Below are positions 61,141 through 64,000 of a stretch of DNA of 64,000 bases, in pieces. A program made the position numbers and the translations under genes. The stretch covers positions 16,058,001 to 16,122,000 of the forward strand of contig NC_045138.2 in the NCBI RefSeq assembly GCF_008831285.2, written 5' to 3'. Each line of letters begins with the position of its first letter. The stretch's first letter is position 1. The DNA comes from Nymphaea colorata. Taxonomy: Eukaryota. The notes beneath the pieces are model-generated. The model saw nothing but the letters and a program-made list of their open reading frames with translations, was not told where the DNA came from and did no database searches.

Positions 61141-63365
61141 TTCCTTGGCAGAAACAGCAGCAAGTTTGGTCATCTTCTTAGTACTCTTAAGAAAACATAA
61201 TGTCATTTAGAAAATGATGTCAAACCAAGAGACCATGTGTACCTGCTTACGGCCGATTGAAAAGCAAGGTGATAATTTTCTTTGATCCCTACATGAAAGT
61301 TGAAAAGCAATATCTTAAACCACCTTCACATATCATAACCTCAAGCATTGAACTAAGTCCTTGCTTAAACCTATCCATAGGGGTTAGCTCAATGGGCCAG
61401 ATTATCGGCAGTTATGTTCAATTTCCATGGACGTCATTCTTTGTGCAAGCTGAATCTATATGCATAGCCGAGATCAAGGGGTGTAACCAAAGTGGTCTTG
61501 CAGACGCTGCTGCTCTTTACAGACTTCCCTTCCAAATCGTACAAAAGAGGTAAGGGTCATCATTAAAAGTCCTAATTAAGAGCACCAACCTTAAGGTTTG
61601 TACTATCGAAGTATTGACACCTATTTTAGCTGGATCACTGCAGAAAATAATAGCTTAGCCATGAAGATTTACATGGATACATACAATTCAAAATGAGTGC
61701 CAATAATTTAGCCGCAAGTTATCAACTTACAAGGTCACAGAATGATTACATTTATGAACATTTCTAATCATAATGCTGTGTAATTGAACAGCATATGACA
61801 CAATGAATAAGTAAATCAAATACTCAACCAGTATTTCCCATAAATAACCAGAGTTCCAAGTATATGTCCACTTTCCAAATTATTCCTTTGTGAACTGTAT
61901 ATTATTTCAACTATGATAGCAACGGAAGGAGGGAAACGTCAATACTCAGACCCTTAAGATACATTTAATCCTATCCAACAATTATTGCTCTCTGTTCCCT
62001 CGTTGTGGAGTCGAGTTGCCTTGCTATGATCATTATGCTTCTGCTACAGGCCTCTAACTAAATTATGTTTTGCTTTTGCTTCTATATTTTGCATACCTTG
62101 GCACCGCATGCTTCCCAGGGGTCTGCAATTGAAATTTTTGACATATCCAATAACTTGTCTACATAAAATAACCATATAAGAAGGCTGAAAATAGAAAAGG
62201 TCTACTCACCTACCATTCGGAATCATGATAAACTTCATCCAAGTAAGCCAAATTTCAGTCACTGCAACCAGATTTCAATGTCTCCACCAGAGATAGAAAG
62301 GTCTATTCCAGCATTGGGCTCCAAGATGATTAATATGAACCACTATCCACAAGCCAAGATGGGCTTTATTATGCAGGCTACTTTCATCAATAACTAGACA
62401 AATTTCCAGCATGTGCTGGAACAGCAATAATCCAAACTGCGATAGTCCCTTGCATACCTGAATCTGAGGTTCCTGAAGTTGGTGAGTTGAGGTGGCAGAG
62501 ACAGATCAGAACAGGATGAAGGATTGATGGAATATTGCAGTTACAGAGGTAATGCTGACAAAATAAGGTCCAGTTTGACTTGTTCTGACCAAAGAAATTA
62601 TTAGTTTCCCCTGATTGCACCGCTAGACTGATCACCTCTCCAAGAAACCTGTGATAAAAAGTGCCCATCACCATGGAAACATTTTCAGGTTCTAATTTCT
62701 GGATTCTACTCAAAGTCAAGCATCCATGACCAAGTAAGCACCAATAAGCTCACTACAAAGGTCTACAATAGAATACAAGCACCTTGAGGCAAATGCCAGA
62801 CAAGAAACACCGTAACCAGGGAAAATAAACAACAAAAGGATTCTCAGCATTTATGGGCCTAGAATAGAATATGTATAACCTAAGATGCCAAGCTGATAAT
62901 CAATTCTCAACCAAAGAATAAATTTTCCTGAAAGACACAACTTTTATCAAGTAAAAACTGCTCTTGGTATAATTCCTGACGATTGGGCATCACAAAATCA
63001 ACCCTGAAGTTAAAAATGGCCAACCAAGGATCATATAATTACCATAACATAAACCAACAAAAAGTTTTACCTTTATGTTTATACTTTATACACATTCCAT
63101 CATGTCAACAATGATGGTTGGACGGTCTGGCAGATGTTCCATGTAGTAATGAGATTAAGCTGTAAAAATACATTACAACAAAAAATCAGCCTAGTCAATA
63201 AGCAAGAAATGATTGTATGTGTTGCTTCTTACCACTTATAGGTGATGGCATCACATTTTCAATGTGAATGTGGCGTATGTGTCCTCCCAGACATGCCTAC
63301 TAGAATGAGTAAGCTTGTAAAGCAATGTTCTCCAAGAAGCTAGTGCAGGCGGAAGATTGCAAACT

Positions 63366-64000
63366 TCAACCATCTATATCCTTCACCCTTAAATTATGTG
63401 CAACAGTATTGGTTTCAGTGGCCTTCACATCCTTGGACAACTCTCGAGCCAAAATTATGTATGTCTGGAAACTGGGAGCATTACCATTGGTCTCCATGAT
63501 ATGAAGAAATTGCATACATATTTCTGGCTTTCCAGCCTTCAGTACACCATCAAGCAGTATTGTCCAGGCCACATCATCTGGACTCCACTGCTGCTTGAGG
63601 ATATGCTGAAATACACTCTGAGCCTCTTCGATCCTACTTACTTCGGTAAGAGCACATATCAAACTCTTAAATGTACTCAATGCCAGCTCAAAACCTTCCC
63701 CAACCATCAGACTGAAAATTTCTAGTGCACGGTCAACATTCAATTGTTTACAGTATGAAGCCAGCAGCGAGGTGTATATTGACCCGTTAGGCCTTAACCC
63801 GTTGCTCTTCAAGTGGCAAACTAATTGATCGGCTTCACATACCTTGTCTTCTCTACACAGCCCACCTACCAGGACACTATACGATCCAACAGTAGGCTTA
63901 TATCCCATTTCCAATAACATGGTCAAAAGACGAGAGAACAAGTCAATATTCAGCCCACTGTCCCGAATATCAGAGCTATCAAATTCCTCAAATGGAACCA
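63366..64000 (-). CDS. P-class pentatricopeptide repeat protein, 3' part (5'-truncated by the window edge)
   Basis: Intronless frame open to the window edge, with ~35-aa repeats: PTVGSYSVLVGGLCRED, PNGSIYTSLLASYCKQL, LALSTFKSLICALTEVS, PDDVAWTILLDGVLKAG, PSFQTYIILARELSK; stop at 63366-63368. Confidence 0.92.
   Translation of the reverse strand, partial: VPFEEFDSSDIRDSGLNIDLFSRLLTMLLEMGYKPTVGSYSVLVGGLCREDKVCEADQLVCHLKSNGLRPNGSIYTSLLASYCKQLNVDRALEIFSLMVGEGFELALSTFKSLICALTEVSRIEEAQSVFQHILKQQWSPDDVAWTILLDGVLKAGKPEICMQFLHIMETNGNAPSFQTYIILARELSKDVKATETNTVAHNLRVKDIDG

Noticed and set aside
60710..61206. Minus-strand ORFs of 85 and 119 aa
   Set aside because: Antisense to the LINE relic, with no protein-family motif.

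Overview
Intron-rich flowering-plant nuclear DNA (GT-AG introns, GA/TA microsatellites, MITEs); no prokaryotic features. Seven complete spliced genes were reconstructed by hand, each in frame from ATG to stop: LACS9 (+), F-box protein 7/SKIP32-like (-), plastid GrpE (-), a divergent CCR4-type deadenylase paralog (+), a PP2A catalytic subunit (+), a GPI-anchored nsLTP (-) and homogentisate solanesyltransferase (-). The window also holds the 3' end of a P-class PPR gene (-) and the probable 5' end of a gene leaving the window on the left. The most notable observation is the CCR4 paralog. Its 10-exon, ~591-aa frame and N-terminal Cys/His finger are intact, but three EEP catalytic motifs are altered (LQE>LQQ, NTH>NAY, GDFN>GGFN), suggesting a pseudo-deadenylase. 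It also needs a GC-AG intron and carries a decayed ERF017-like gene inside intron 5. Introns and intergenic DNA contain several hAT-type MITEs with 8-bp target-site duplications (one nested pair), Tourist-like MITEs, LINE relics and local tandem duplications. Family assignments come from recalled motifs, not database searches.
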